A program made the translations under genes and the position numbers. A stretch of DNA of 25,005 bases from a virus (Duplodnaviria > Caudoviricetes): IMG/VR virus record IMGVR_UViG_3300020374_000465, positions 1 to 25,005 of that record; one strand, 5' to 3'. Below the pieces are notes generated by a model. That model was not told where the DNA came from, did no database searches, and saw only the letters and a program-made list of their open reading frames with translations. Shown in pieces: positions 8,467 to 17,132 of this stretch (its first letter is position 1; each line of letters begins with the position of its first letter).

Positions 8467-9783
8467 TTACATTAAGTTAGCAATTTGAACTCTTCTGTAG
8501 TATTTGTTTGTATTTGCAGTAATTGAGATAGCACCTTCAGCAGAAGCAGCAACTGTTCCAGTATGGAATGGGTTGGCTGCAATGCCGTATCTTGTTTTAA
8601 AGCCAATTTTTGGTTGGAAAGTATTTTCCCCAACTGCACGAACCATTTGTAGTGGAACATATGGGCAATAGAACATACCTGCATCATAAGGTGAAGTTCC
8701 TTTATATCCAGCAATGTAGTATTGTTTAGCAGCTACGTTAGCAGCATATGGGTCAACATATACTTTGTATCTACCATTCATGACACCTGCGAAAGTTGTT
8801 GAAGTGTCATCTACATTTAGGTTATTGTTTAAAGCAGGTGTGTAATCTAAAACACCAGCCATTTGAAGAGCAGAAGCAACATCAGCAGAACATATAATCA
8901 TGTTACCTTTTCCTCTTCTTGTTTGTTGTCCGATAGCGTTAGCATCTCTTTCAATTGCAAACATTAAACCTTTGAATTTCTCAACTGACCATCTACCATT
9001 TGAGTCTGTATCTAAATCAAAGATACCTGCAGTAGTTGTATTCACTTGAGCGCCTTTAACAGCAGTTGTGTAAATATTTCTGATAACCTCACGGTTGATC
9101 TCTGCAAGAATTTCAGCAGATAAAATATTTGCAAGTTCTGTTTCAGCATCTAAACCATGGATTGCTTTTAAGTCTTGAGCAAGTTCCATAGTATATTCTG
9201 CTTTAAGAGCTCTTGATACAGCAGTAACAGTATGTTTTTCAATACTGAAAGCCATTTCAGCGAAAGCGTTAGTTGTTGTGTCACCTAATGCTTCACCTTG
9301 TGCAGCTGTCATACCAGTTGCAGTTGAGTAGGTACCGACAGGTGAATCGTTAAGAACAGCAGGATTAGTACCTGATATATCTCCACCACCTGTATCAGAA
9401 CCAGCGTCTTGGTTAGATAACATTGTAGGTTCGTCTGCAAGAGCTTCAGCACCAGTTTGTGATTGAATTCTCGCTCTCATTGCAAAGATTAGTCCAGTTG
9501 GACCAGTCATTGGTTGAACACCGCAGACATCATATGCAATAAGGTTTGGCATAGAACGTCTAACTAGAGAGATTAAGATTGGGTCCCAGTTATCTATTGA
9601 AGAACCAGTTGCGTTTGTAGGCGCTGCCTCTCCTAAGAATGTTCTATCTTCTTTGATTGCTTTTTCTTGGTTTTCAAGAATTAGTGTAGTTACAGCCCGC
9701 TTGTAAGAATCCTCAATTTTTGGTAAATCAGGGTGTTCTAGGACTGGCTGCCACTTTTCTTGTAGATGTTGTGTTTGAAACAT
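8467..9783 (-). CDS. gp23: gp23 major capsid protein
   Basis: GVQPMTGPTGLIFAMR, RALKAEYTMELAQDLKAIHGLDAE, FYCPYVPL, FQPKIGFKTRYG; AAGGAG RBS. Confidence 0.99.
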   Translation of the reverse strand: MFQTQHLQEKWQPVLEHPDLPKIEDSYKRAVTTLILENQEKAIKEDRTFLGEAAPTNATGSSIDNWDPILISLVRRSMPNLIAYDVCGVQPMTGPTGLIFAMRARIQSQTGAEALADEPTMLSNQDAGSDTGGGDISGTNPAVLNDSPVGTYSTATGMTAAQGEALGDTTTNAFAEMAFSIEKHTVTAVSRALKAEYTMELAQDLKAIHGLDAETELANILSAEILAEINREVIRNIYTTAVKGAQVNTTTAGIFDLDTDSNGRWSVEKFKGLMFAIERDANAIGQQTRRGKGNMIICSADVASALQMAGVLDYTPALNNNLNVDDTSTTFAGVMNGRYKVYVDPYAANVAAKQYYIAGYKGTSPYDAGMFYCPYVPLQMVRAVGENTFQPKIGFKTRYGIAANPFHTGTVAASAEGAISITANTNKYYRRVQIANLM

Positions 9784-9808
9784 ATGTTTTCTCCTTAAAA
9801 TCTACTAA

Positions 9809-11113
9809 TTAATTTGCACGCTTTACAGTTTTGCCAATAGCAGATGTATATGCAGCCATTGCTGTATCTGTATTGTCCTCTAGGGCGGTGCCAGTATCTA
9901 CATCATCTATTTGAGTTTTTTCAGAAACAGTTCCTTTATTTTTTGGAAAGTAACTTTCTTTTAAAGTATCTAACTTTTCTCTGAAAGATTCTTCATCTGT
10001 GAAATCTACATCTTCTGTTAGTGATTTAAACTTTTCAAAATCGTTATCGGTTAGATCAGCTGATACGTCTGAGATAACCTTTTCTCTAACTAGGCCTGAA
10101 TTTGACTGCTTCATTTCAACAATTTGTGAAATTTGAGTTTCAACTTTCTCTTCTAGTTTAGAAATTTTTTCTGATTGTGCCTCTAGAATATCATATTTTT
10201 CATCTGGCACATCAATATAGTGATCCTCAAACAATTGTTTCATACCTGCGATAAAATCTTCTGCGATTTCACCTTTAAGTCCTCTTTCAATTGCGAGTTC
10301 ATTTTCTTTCATCCATTCTTCTACAACATAGTTCAAATAGGTATCTACTTTATCAGTTAAATTATCTTTAATCTGTTCAACCTGTTCTGTAAGTTCTCCA
10401 TCCATTTCATCAGAAATTCTTTTTACTTCTGAACGGAGTTTTGTTTTAATTGCAGCTTCAAAAATTGTTGCAGCTTTTGATTTAAAGTCCTCTGATAAAG
10501 TATCATCAGCAGATAGAAGAGCTTCTACATCCTCTTTAACATCTACAGATTTTATTCTTTCCTCAGTTCTGGCATCTTTTTCTTCTTTAGACTCTTTTTT
10601 GTGAGCCATTTCTTTTTTCACAGCTTTGACTAATTGTTCTTTAGTCATACTATTCATATACATTGCCATTAAATCTTGTTTGGACATTTTCATCATATCT
10701 TTTTCGTGCATACCTTCGTCTGTGTCGTGCATACCTTCTTCGTGTTCGCCTTCTTCAAGTTTTTCACCTTCGTGATCTACTTGATCTCCAGCTGCAAGAG
10801 GTCTGTTTTGACCAGCATCTTTTGCTTTGTCCATTTTGTTTGGTTTGCCTTCACTTTTTTGTGCAGGGTCACCAGAAACTTCTTTCGCAGAACTTGTTAC
10901 TTTTTTGGAAGGTGTAGTGCCTTGAGTTGGTGAAACAACAGCAGGGCCAGTATCTTCTACTGAACCATCTTCTGGGTTACCTTTCATAGGACCTTCTTTT
11001 TGGGCCTTCATTGCGTTTTTCTTAGGAGCATCTGCCATAGCATCTTCTTCAAGTTCGGCAATGACTTCCGCTTCTAATTCCTCAATGGTTTTATCTAATT
11101 CTGTATCAGCCAT
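9809..11113 (-). CDS. gp22: gp22 prohead core scaffolding protein with a long N-terminal extension
   Basis: LSEDFKSKAATIFEAA, YLNYVVEEWMKENELAIE.G, LFEDHYIDVP, LKESYF; lies between gp21 and gp23. Confidence 0.95.
   Translation of the reverse strand: MADTELDKTIEELEAEVIAELEEDAMADAPKKNAMKAQKEGPMKGNPEDGSVEDTGPAVVSPTQGTTPSKKVTSSAKEVSGDPAQKSEGKPNKMDKAKDAGQNRPLAAGDQVDHEGEKLEEGEHEEGMHDTDEGMHEKDMMKMSKQDLMAMYMNSMTKEQLVKAVKKEMAHKKESKEEKDARTEERIKSVDVKEDVEALLSADDTLSEDFKSKAATIFEAAIKTKLRSEVKRISDEMDGELTEQVEQIKDNLTDKVDTYLNYVVEEWMKENELAIERGLKGEIAEDFIAGMKQLFEDHYIDVPDEKYDILEAQSEKISKLEEKVETQISQIVEMKQSNSGLVREKVISDVSADLTDNDFEKFKSLTEDVDFTDEESFREKLDTLKESYFPKNKGTVSEKTQIDDVDTGTALEDNTDTAMAAYTSAIGKTVKRAN
10704..10753. 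repeat. Short coding repeat in gp22 (EGEH/EGMH/EGMH)
   Basis: tcgtgcataccttc at 10704 and 10725, degenerate third copy tcgtgttcgccttc at 10740. Confidence 0.75.
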
Positions 11114-11148
11114 GGGATTTTCTCCTTTAAGGTTAATTTGTTATAAAT

Positions 11149-11156
11149 TATTTATA
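11149..11156 (-). promoter_or_regulatory. T4-type late promoter TATAAATA (gp22-gp23)
   Basis: Exact consensus in the gp21-gp22 intergenic gap, upstream of an AAGGAG RBS. Confidence 0.88.
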
Positions 11157-11158
11157 AA

Positions 11159-11812
11159 TTATAGATTTTTCAAAAATCTTGCAAATTCAAGAGCGGCCAT
11201 CTTATCCTCTCTTAATTTTGTTCTCTTTTCAATTCTTTGTTTCATTGCGTAAACTTCACTTTCTACTAGTGAACCATTATTCCAAATCCACTCTTTACCT
11301 TCCATAATACCTTCTACAAAAGCATTAGGTGCAGATGGGTCTGCAACGATATCACCAGCAGTTGCCAATTTAAAATCATCTCTTACATAATTGGCACTTC
11401 CTTTTTGTTCTAGACTACCCATTCCTCTTGAACTAACACCCAATGTTGCACCTTCATCTATTAGACTCTTTGCAATTTTTCCCATTGGTGTGTCCATTAT
11501 CTTTGCTTCGCCAATAAAATCTTTTCCCTCTTGTTTGAGTTCAGTAATCATATGTGATACTCTATCAAGATTTACTGTTGGCCCTTCGGGGTGTCCTAGT
11601 TCTCCAAAAGCTCTATTTTTTTCTATAAAATCTTTATTATAATTTGCGACTTCTTTTTGTAAAACTTCTACTGGGTAAATTCTACCATTTCTATTTTTGA
11701 TACCTCCTTGCATAAAGATACCTTTAATTTTATAATCTTTTTTACCTTCAGTTTCTTCTGTGATAAATTGTACGTCTTGAACTTCTTCCGTGATGAGTTT
11801 TACTATTTGCAT
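11159..11812 (-). CDS. gp21: gp21 prohead protease
   Basis: KNRNGRIYP, GELGHP, LGVSSRGMGS, DIVADPSAPNAFV. Confidence 0.97.
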   Translation of the reverse strand: MQIVKLITEEVQDVQFITEETEGKKDYKIKGIFMQGGIKNRNGRIYPVEVLQKEVANYNKDFIEKNRAFGELGHPEGPTVNLDRVSHMITELKQEGKDFIGEAKIMDTPMGKIAKSLIDEGATLGVSSRGMGSLEQKGSANYVRDDFKLATAGDIVADPSAPNAFVEGIMEGKEWIWNNGSLVESEVYAMKQRIEKRTKLREDKMAALEFARFLKNL

Positions 11813-11821
11813 TATTCTTTC

Positions 11822-12256
11822 CTATAATGTATTAGTTAAAGTAACTTCTTCTACATAAATTTTACTGTTTGAACCACTTGACTCATTAATATGTGAAATG
11901 ACAAAATTGATCTCTGGGTTATCATATAATAATGCTGATCTTCCAGCTGGATTATTATCAATACCTGATTCTAATAATATGTGTCCATCTGTATTTTCTA
12001 GTCCAACACGACCTCCACGAAATGCTGTAGGTCTTTCTTCTGGTGTAGCAAATACTGTTTTGTTTGCTCCTATATAACTTCCATTGGTGGCAGTTACTGT
12101 TGTTCCAGCTTCAGTTATTTTAAAAAATCCGTCTTGTCCTCCAAATTCACTTATTCTTAAAGCACCGTGAGGACTTAATTTTCCTAAATCTAATGAGGAA
12201 GCATTGTTGTCTGCCTGCGTAATATTTCCGATATGTTGTATTAATTTATAAGCCAT
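11822..12256 (-). CDS. Hypothetical protein (144 aa), possibly a virion component
   Basis: In the head module with an RBS and an upstream late promoter box; Gly/Thr/Asn-rich. Confidence 0.7.
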   Translation of the reverse strand: MAYKLIQHIGNITQADNNASSLDLGKLSPHGALRISEFGGQDGFFKITEAGTTVTATNGSYIGANKTVFATPEERPTAFRGGRVGLENTDGHILLESGIDNNPAGRSALLYDNPEINFVISHINESSGSNSKIYVEEVTLTNTL

Positions 12257-12265
12257 TGCTTTCCC

Positions 12266-12517
12266 TTAAAATCCGAGTGATGTTTCTTGTTCAAAGTATT
12301 TATAAATTTCTTTTTCTGTTACTTTATATTTTTGCGAAACCTTGCGTATAATACCCTCAAATGCACTTAAAAAGTCATTAGGCCGTTTATCCATAGTAGA
12401 AAATATCTCATCTACGGCCCTTTTCATCTTAGGTGTTAGTTTTTTGTAAGAATTACTTTGTTTATGTTCGTCTTTCTCTATCAAAGATTCTTGTATTTCA
12501 CTCAGTTTCTTGGGCAT
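12266..12517 (-). CDS. Small prohead-region protein (gp68 position)
   Basis: Between gp20 and gp21, charged and helical, GAGGA RBS; homology to gp68 not verified. Confidence 0.65.
   Translation of the reverse strand: MPKKLSEIQESLIEKDEHKQSNSYKKLTPKMKRAVDEIFSTMDKRPNDFLSAFEGIIRKVSQKYKVTEKEIYKYFEQETSLGF
12297..12304 (-). promoter_or_regulatory. T4-type late promoter TATAAATA inside the upstream CDS
   Basis: Exact consensus about 40 nt upstream of the 12256 start, with the same AATT 5' context as the gp18 and gp22 promoters. Confidence 0.7.
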
Positions 12518-12683
12518 TGTCCTCTTCTGATTTGTTAGTTTTAGTTACTATTGATGAAGCAACTTCTCTTTTTTTTAAATCTATTGCATCAGACATTTTT
12601 ATTTTCATTGCATTTTTAAATGCATCTTCTGCTTCAAGATTATTATTTTTTTCTAATGAATTTACAAAATCACGACTTGTCAT
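12498..12683 (-). CDS. gp67-like prohead core protein (61 aa; start revised to 12683)
   Basis: Directly after gp20; AGGAG RBS 7 nt before ATG 12683; charged helical AEDAFKNAM...DAIDLKKREVA pattern. Confidence 0.7.
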   Translation of the reverse strand: MTSRDFVNSLEKNNNLEAEDAFKNAMKIKMSDAIDLKKREVASSIVTKTNKSEEDNAQETE

Positions 12684-14277
12684 TTCCATTCTCCTTTGGT
12701 GGTTGACCATCATATGCACCTAAATCATCACCAGGTATTGGTGTGCCATCAACAGCTGGATATCTTGTAACACCATCTGTGCCTGATGGAACATCAACTC
12801 CACCTTCTTCTGGTGGTAGTCCAGCTTCTCTTCTGATTTGTTTTTGCATCTCTTCTATTTCATGGTCAGTTAATTTCAATACTTGTTTATGAACAAATTC
12901 TTTACTGAAGAAAGTTCCGACATAAGGTTCTACTTGTCCTATCATATCTATTCTTTCTCTCAACATTTCAGCTTCTTTTAATTCTGCAAAATGACCATCT
13001 TGCATAAAGTCATACTGAATGTGTTCTTTCATCTTACCCCATTCCTCAATACTAATAATACCTTTTAACACTAATTGTGTTTTTAAGATATCATTAAATA
13101 ATGGAATGAATTTTTTGCGTACTCTTTGAACAAACTTTGTAAATTTAAGTTCATCTCTTGTAATCTCAGCAGTTCTTCCCAAACTAAAATTTTGTTCTGC
13201 CTCTAATCTAGAGATAGGTACATTTAATGAACGATAAAGTTTTCTTTGGAAATATTCTATGTCATCTATCTCACCAAGATTTGAACCACCAGGTAATGTA
13301 GTAATCTCTGTTCCTCTGCCACCTTCTCTTCTTGGTAACCAAAAATCCTCTAACATGGACATATGATTTCTATCATCTCGTATTTCACCTGTCTTTGCAT
13401 CATAAACAAGTTTGTTACGATAACGATTCATAACATCTTTTAGATATTGTTCTGCTTTTATTTTTGGAAGATTACCAACATCAATATAGAAAATTCTTCT
13501 TTCTGGTGCTCTTGATATACGATAGATAACTAAACTATCCTCTATCATTCTTAATTGGTTTGTAGGTTTGATTGCTTTATGAAGATAAGATAAAACAATA
13601 TTTTTGTTTTGATCAACTAATCCAGATGGACAATACGAAATAGAATCGCCAGATATTCTTATACCTTGCATATCTCCACCTAATCCAGCAGAGCCGAGGC
13701 CTTTTTCATTGTACATATAATAAGTTTCAACTCTTTTAATAAGTTGTGTACCTTCTCGACTGTTATCTTTTTTAACTGATTTTACTCTTTTAATTTTTCT
13801 AGGGTCAATGTATCTTAGTTCTGTGATACCTGATTTTGGATTTTTAGTATCAATAACTTTATGATAAAATAATCTTCCATCAACATACCAACGTCTAAAA
13901 ATGTCATGGCCTTTTTCGTTAAAATCTAAAAGGTCCATAACCTCTTCAAAACATTCTCTAATTTTATCTTTTATATTTTTTGTATAAGGAAGTAAATCTA
14001 GAACGATATTGACAGGCATATCTCTTTCGTTAGAAACAATTGCCTCATTTACGATATCTTCAATCGCAGAATCAACTTCTGGTTGTTGTGCAATATCTCT
14101 ATATCTTTTAATTAAATCTAATTCACTTTTCTCACGACCATCTTGATCAAGAACTTGAGCGTAATATCCACCACCAGCTATCTCTACCGAACCATCGTCA
14201 GGTGATTTCTGTGTGAATTTATCTTGAGTCGGTGAGTCTTTGATTCTTTCAAATCTAAACCCAAATAAATTTGCCAT
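12670..14277 (-). CDS. gp20: gp20 portal vertex protein
   Basis: RRWYVDGR, IYRISRAPERRIFYIDVGNLPK, MLEDFWLPRREGGRGTEITTLPGG. Confidence 0.99.
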   Translation of the reverse strand: MANLFGFRFERIKDSPTQDKFTQKSPDDGSVEIAGGGYYAQVLDQDGREKSELDLIKRYRDIAQQPEVDSAIEDIVNEAIVSNERDMPVNIVLDLLPYTKNIKDKIRECFEEVMDLLDFNEKGHDIFRRWYVDGRLFYHKVIDTKNPKSGITELRYIDPRKIKRVKSVKKDNSREGTQLIKRVETYYMYNEKGLGSAGLGGDMQGIRISGDSISYCPSGLVDQNKNIVLSYLHKAIKPTNQLRMIEDSLVIYRISRAPERRIFYIDVGNLPKIKAEQYLKDVMNRYRNKLVYDAKTGEIRDDRNHMSMLEDFWLPRREGGRGTEITTLPGGSNLGEIDDIEYFQRKLYRSLNVPISRLEAEQNFSLGRTAEITRDELKFTKFVQRVRKKFIPLFNDILKTQLVLKGIISIEEWGKMKEHIQYDFMQDGHFAELKEAEMLRERIDMIGQVEPYVGTFFSKEFVHKQVLKLTDHEIEEMQKQIRREAGLPPEEGGVDVPSGTDGVTRYPAVDGTPIPGDDLGAYDGQPPKENGNDKS

Positions 14278-14299
14278 AATGTACTCCTACTGTTGTAAG

Positions 14300-14307
14300 T
14301 ATTTAGT
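14300..14307 (-). promoter_or_regulatory. Probable late promoter (ACTAAATA variant) for gp20
   Basis: CTAAATA in the gp19-gp20 gap, upstream of an AGGAG RBS. Confidence 0.6.
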
Positions 14308-14311
14308 AGGC

Positions 14312-14935
14312 TTATTGTTGACCAGTTAGACTAGAAATAACTCCACCTATTATATTGTTTCTTATATCATTAGGTGCATTATTATTAGATGTTGTTTGAT
14401 TTCTAACAAAATTAATATCACTAGCTTCAAAATGTTGAAATCTCCAAGTTACTTCAAATGTTTCTATTTCATTATTTGTATCATATGATAAAGCAATTTC
14501 CCCCATAGTTTGAGGATATGCACTTCTGAATATGTAACTTTTTAATACATTATCATCTCTATCTAATTGTTCAACACTTAAATCTGCTTGATAACCTGTT
14601 AATGCAGCTGGACCAGTATTTGTTACTAAATTGTTGATTCCATTCATCCATCTTTCCATGGCATTTCTAATCATGAAATCTGTATCATTCATAAAAGTAA
14701 CTGTCCAAGGTTCAAATTCTCTGTCACCTGCAACATATATATTTCTTCCTCTAAATGGTACTGCTATTTCTCCAAGAGTCTGACCAGGCAAATTAGTTGC
14801 AGTTGCTAAGAATGATGCTGTTGTGACATTCAATCCTAAGTTTAAATCAGGTGGAGATGCAAGAGTAACTCTATATTGGTTGGCACGAGCACCACCTCCA
14901 CTAAGTTTAGCTTTAAATTCATCTATCGTTGCCAT
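14312..14935 (-). CDS. gp19: gp19 tail tube protein
   Basis: GGGARAN, LPG, VPFRGR...AGDREFEPWTVT..NDTDF.IR.AMERW, VEQLDR. Confidence 0.96.
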   Translation of the reverse strand: MATIDEFKAKLSGGGARANQYRVTLASPPDLNLGLNVTTASFLATATNLPGQTLGEIAVPFRGRNIYVAGDREFEPWTVTFMNDTDFMIRNAMERWMNGINNLVTNTGPAALTGYQADLSVEQLDRDDNVLKSYIFRSAYPQTMGEIALSYDTNNEIETFEVTWRFQHFEASDINFVRNQTTSNNNAPNDIRNNIIGGVISSLTGQQ

Positions 14936-14936
14936 C

Positions 14937-17036
14937 TTAACCTCCTATCTCTGTAAATGCAACCCCACTTCTTGTGGCAATAAAGTTAAGAGTTACAAAG
15001 TTAATTGAACGAGCAGGTCTGACGAAAATATCAGCAACAAACTCATTTCTATCTATTACTGACGCTGTGTTATTTGTAGAATCTGCAATAACATTAAATG
15101 CTGATATTCCTCTTCTACCTTGAATATCTCTCAAGAAAGGTTCTACAAGATTTCTAAATTGTGCTCTTGTAAATTCATCATTGAATTCAAAGAGTTGAAA
15201 CTTAGCTGCAGTTGCGATAGATTTTTCTAATAATAAGAATAATCTTCTTACGTTTATTCTATCAAATGCGCTTGGTGTTGATAATGCAGTTTTATCTCCG
15301 AATAGAACAACACCTTGACCTGGAAAGTTTACAACTGGGTTAATTCTTGCTCTATATAAATCATCTCTTTGAGATTGATTTGGATTAAATGCTAACTTAA
15401 TCGCACCTCTTATGTTTCCTCTATTGAAACCTGCAGGTGAGAAAAATGCATCAGCAATTTGATCTGTAAATGCACAAAGTCCAGCGACATCAGCATTTAA
15501 TGGTACAAATCTAAATACATCATTGTATTTGTCGTACATATATTTGTAACCACTATCAAATACAACATATGAAGATGATGGACATAAATCAAATGCTGTT
15601 TTAACATTTGAGCTTTGTGTTATATTACTTGCAACTCCAACAACGGCAGAACGATATGGTGATACAAAAGCAACACAATCTCTACGTTTCTCTACTAATT
15701 TTGTTATCATTGTTACATGAGTGTCTTGTCCACTAGATGAGTCTGTAACTGCACTTGATGAACCACCTATAACTAAGTTAATGTCAATTGACTCTTGGTC
15801 ATCAAATTTATCATATGCAGTTTCAATTTCTCCAGCTGTTACTGCGTAATCATCAGCACCACTTTGAAGATTAGTTGCTGTAGGTGAAGTTAAATCAGAA
15901 TATGCGGCTGTGCCTGTTTCTAATGTGATATTATCATTTTGATCGACACTACCTGCGGCCGATGAATCCATAACGATATTATCTCCATTGTCTGTTCCAG
16001 CACCATCTGTTCCATCTATGATGATAGAACCTGAACCTCCATCAATATCTGTTCCAAAATTAGTTCCACCTGTATTATGATCCATCCAAAAAACAAATTC
16101 AGATTGTCTATAAATTACATCTGGGTAATATATTGAGTCACCTTGTGGCGACTTTGCATTTGGATTAACTGAAAGAGAAGCAAAAATTTCTAATATAGCA
16201 TTTGTTCTTTGACCATTAGCATCTACTGAAAATCCATTTATTTTTCCGAGTCTATCATAAACTACGATATGAATTTCGTCTAATGTTCCTCTGTTATTTT
16301 GTGTTGCAAAAGATGATGTGCCTGGAGCTGCATCAAATAAATCATAGAATCTCCATCTTCTTCTGACATTAGTGCCTGAAGCAACTGTTGATTGCAATCC
16401 ACCGCCGTTAGGGTCATCTTTTAATTTTATTGTTAGTGTTGGTGTACCTGTTGAAACGGCGGTTACTTCGTATTCACTACCATCTGTTTCACCAAAATTT
16501 ACTATATCTCCAACATTGAAACCTGTTGCAGATGTAATTGAAATTACTGTTTGTCCTACTGCTTCTTCAGCAGAGGTTGTTGTCTTTGCAGTTTCCTCAT
16601 ATGCAGTTGAACTTGCACAAATTGAAACTCCTAATCCATTTCCGTGTGTTCCAGCACTTCTTGCTGCCCACTCACCAACTGAACCTTGACCCTCTGAAAA
16701 ACTTTCTAGATAATGATCTGTATCTCTAATTAATAAACCTGTACTACCAGATGCAACTGCATTAGTCACACCAGACTCTATACGAACAACTCTTAATGCA
16801 TTAGAGTATTGTAAAAAGTTAGCTGCAGAAAACCAATTTTCGTATGCGTTATTTGTAGATTGGGGTTTACCAAATGTTTTTACTAAGTCCTCTTCAGAAG
16901 TGATGTTAACTACTGTACCCACAGGTCCTTTTTCAAAAGCAGCTGCAATGGCACCAATTGATGTTGCAACAGCTGGAACTACATTAGTTAAATCTATTTC
17001 TTTTACCTGAACACCAGGTGAGACCAAAAATGCCAT
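14937..17036 (-). CDS. gp18: gp18 tail sheath protein
   Basis: SPGVQVKEIDLT, FSPAGFNRG, INPVV.FPGQG..LFGDKT, AFDRINVRRLF, FEFNDEFTR. Confidence 0.98.
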   Translation of the reverse strand: MAFLVSPGVQVKEIDLTNVVPAVATSIGAIAAAFEKGPVGTVVNITSEEDLVKTFGKPQSTNNAYENWFSAANFLQYSNALRVVRIESGVTNAVASGSTGLLIRDTDHYLESFSEGQGSVGEWAARSAGTHGNGLGVSICASSTAYEETAKTTTSAEEAVGQTVISITSATGFNVGDIVNFGETDGSEYEVTAVSTGTPTLTIKLKDDPNGGGLQSTVASGTNVRRRWRFYDLFDAAPGTSSFATQNNRGTLDEIHIVVYDRLGKINGFSVDANGQRTNAILEIFASLSVNPNAKSPQGDSIYYPDVIYRQSEFVFWMDHNTGGTNFGTDIDGGSGSIIIDGTDGAGTDNGDNIVMDSSAAGSVDQNDNITLETGTAAYSDLTSPTATNLQSGADDYAVTAGEIETAYDKFDDQESIDINLVIGGSSSAVTDSSSGQDTHVTMITKLVEKRRDCVAFVSPYRSAVVGVASNITQSSNVKTAFDLCPSSSYVVFDSGYKYMYDKYNDVFRFVPLNADVAGLCAFTDQIADAFFSPAGFNRGNIRGAIKLAFNPNQSQRDDLYRARINPVVNFPGQGVVLFGDKTALSTPSAFDRINVRRLFLLLEKSIATAAKFQLFEFNDEFTRAQFRNLVEPFLRDIQGRRGISAFNVIADSTNNTASVIDRNEFVADIFVRPARSINFVTLNFIATRSGVAFTEIGG

Positions 17037-17068
17037 TGTTTTCTCCTCAAGAATGTATGTTTTTATAT

Positions 17069-17076
17069 TATTTATA
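17069..17076 (-). promoter_or_regulatory. T4-type late promoter TATAAATA (gp18-gp19)
   Basis: Exact consensus upstream of a GAGGAG RBS and the gp18 ATG. Confidence 0.88.
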
Positions 17077-17119
17077 AATTTTAATATTTGAAATCAATGG
17101 TTTTATATACCATTAGTCA

Positions 17120-17127
17120 TATAAATA
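17120..17127 (+). promoter_or_regulatory. T4-type late promoter TATAAATA for the HNH-like gene
   Basis: Exact consensus 5 nt before ATG 17133; divergent from the gp18 promoter. Confidence 0.75.
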
Positions 17128-17132
17128 ATCGT

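Noticed and set aside
8472-8714. Alternative-frame 80-aa ORF within gp23
   Set aside because: Leu/Gln-rich by-product of biased codon usage in the capsid gene; no supporting signal.
10663-16729. Plus-strand ORFs opposite gp22, gp21, the gp67-like gene, gp19 and gp18
   Set aside because: Antisense shadows of conserved structural genes.
17096-17114. AATGGT-N7-ACCATT inverted repeat between the divergent promoters
   Set aside because: Only 6-bp arms and a single occurrence noticed; too weak to call an operator.
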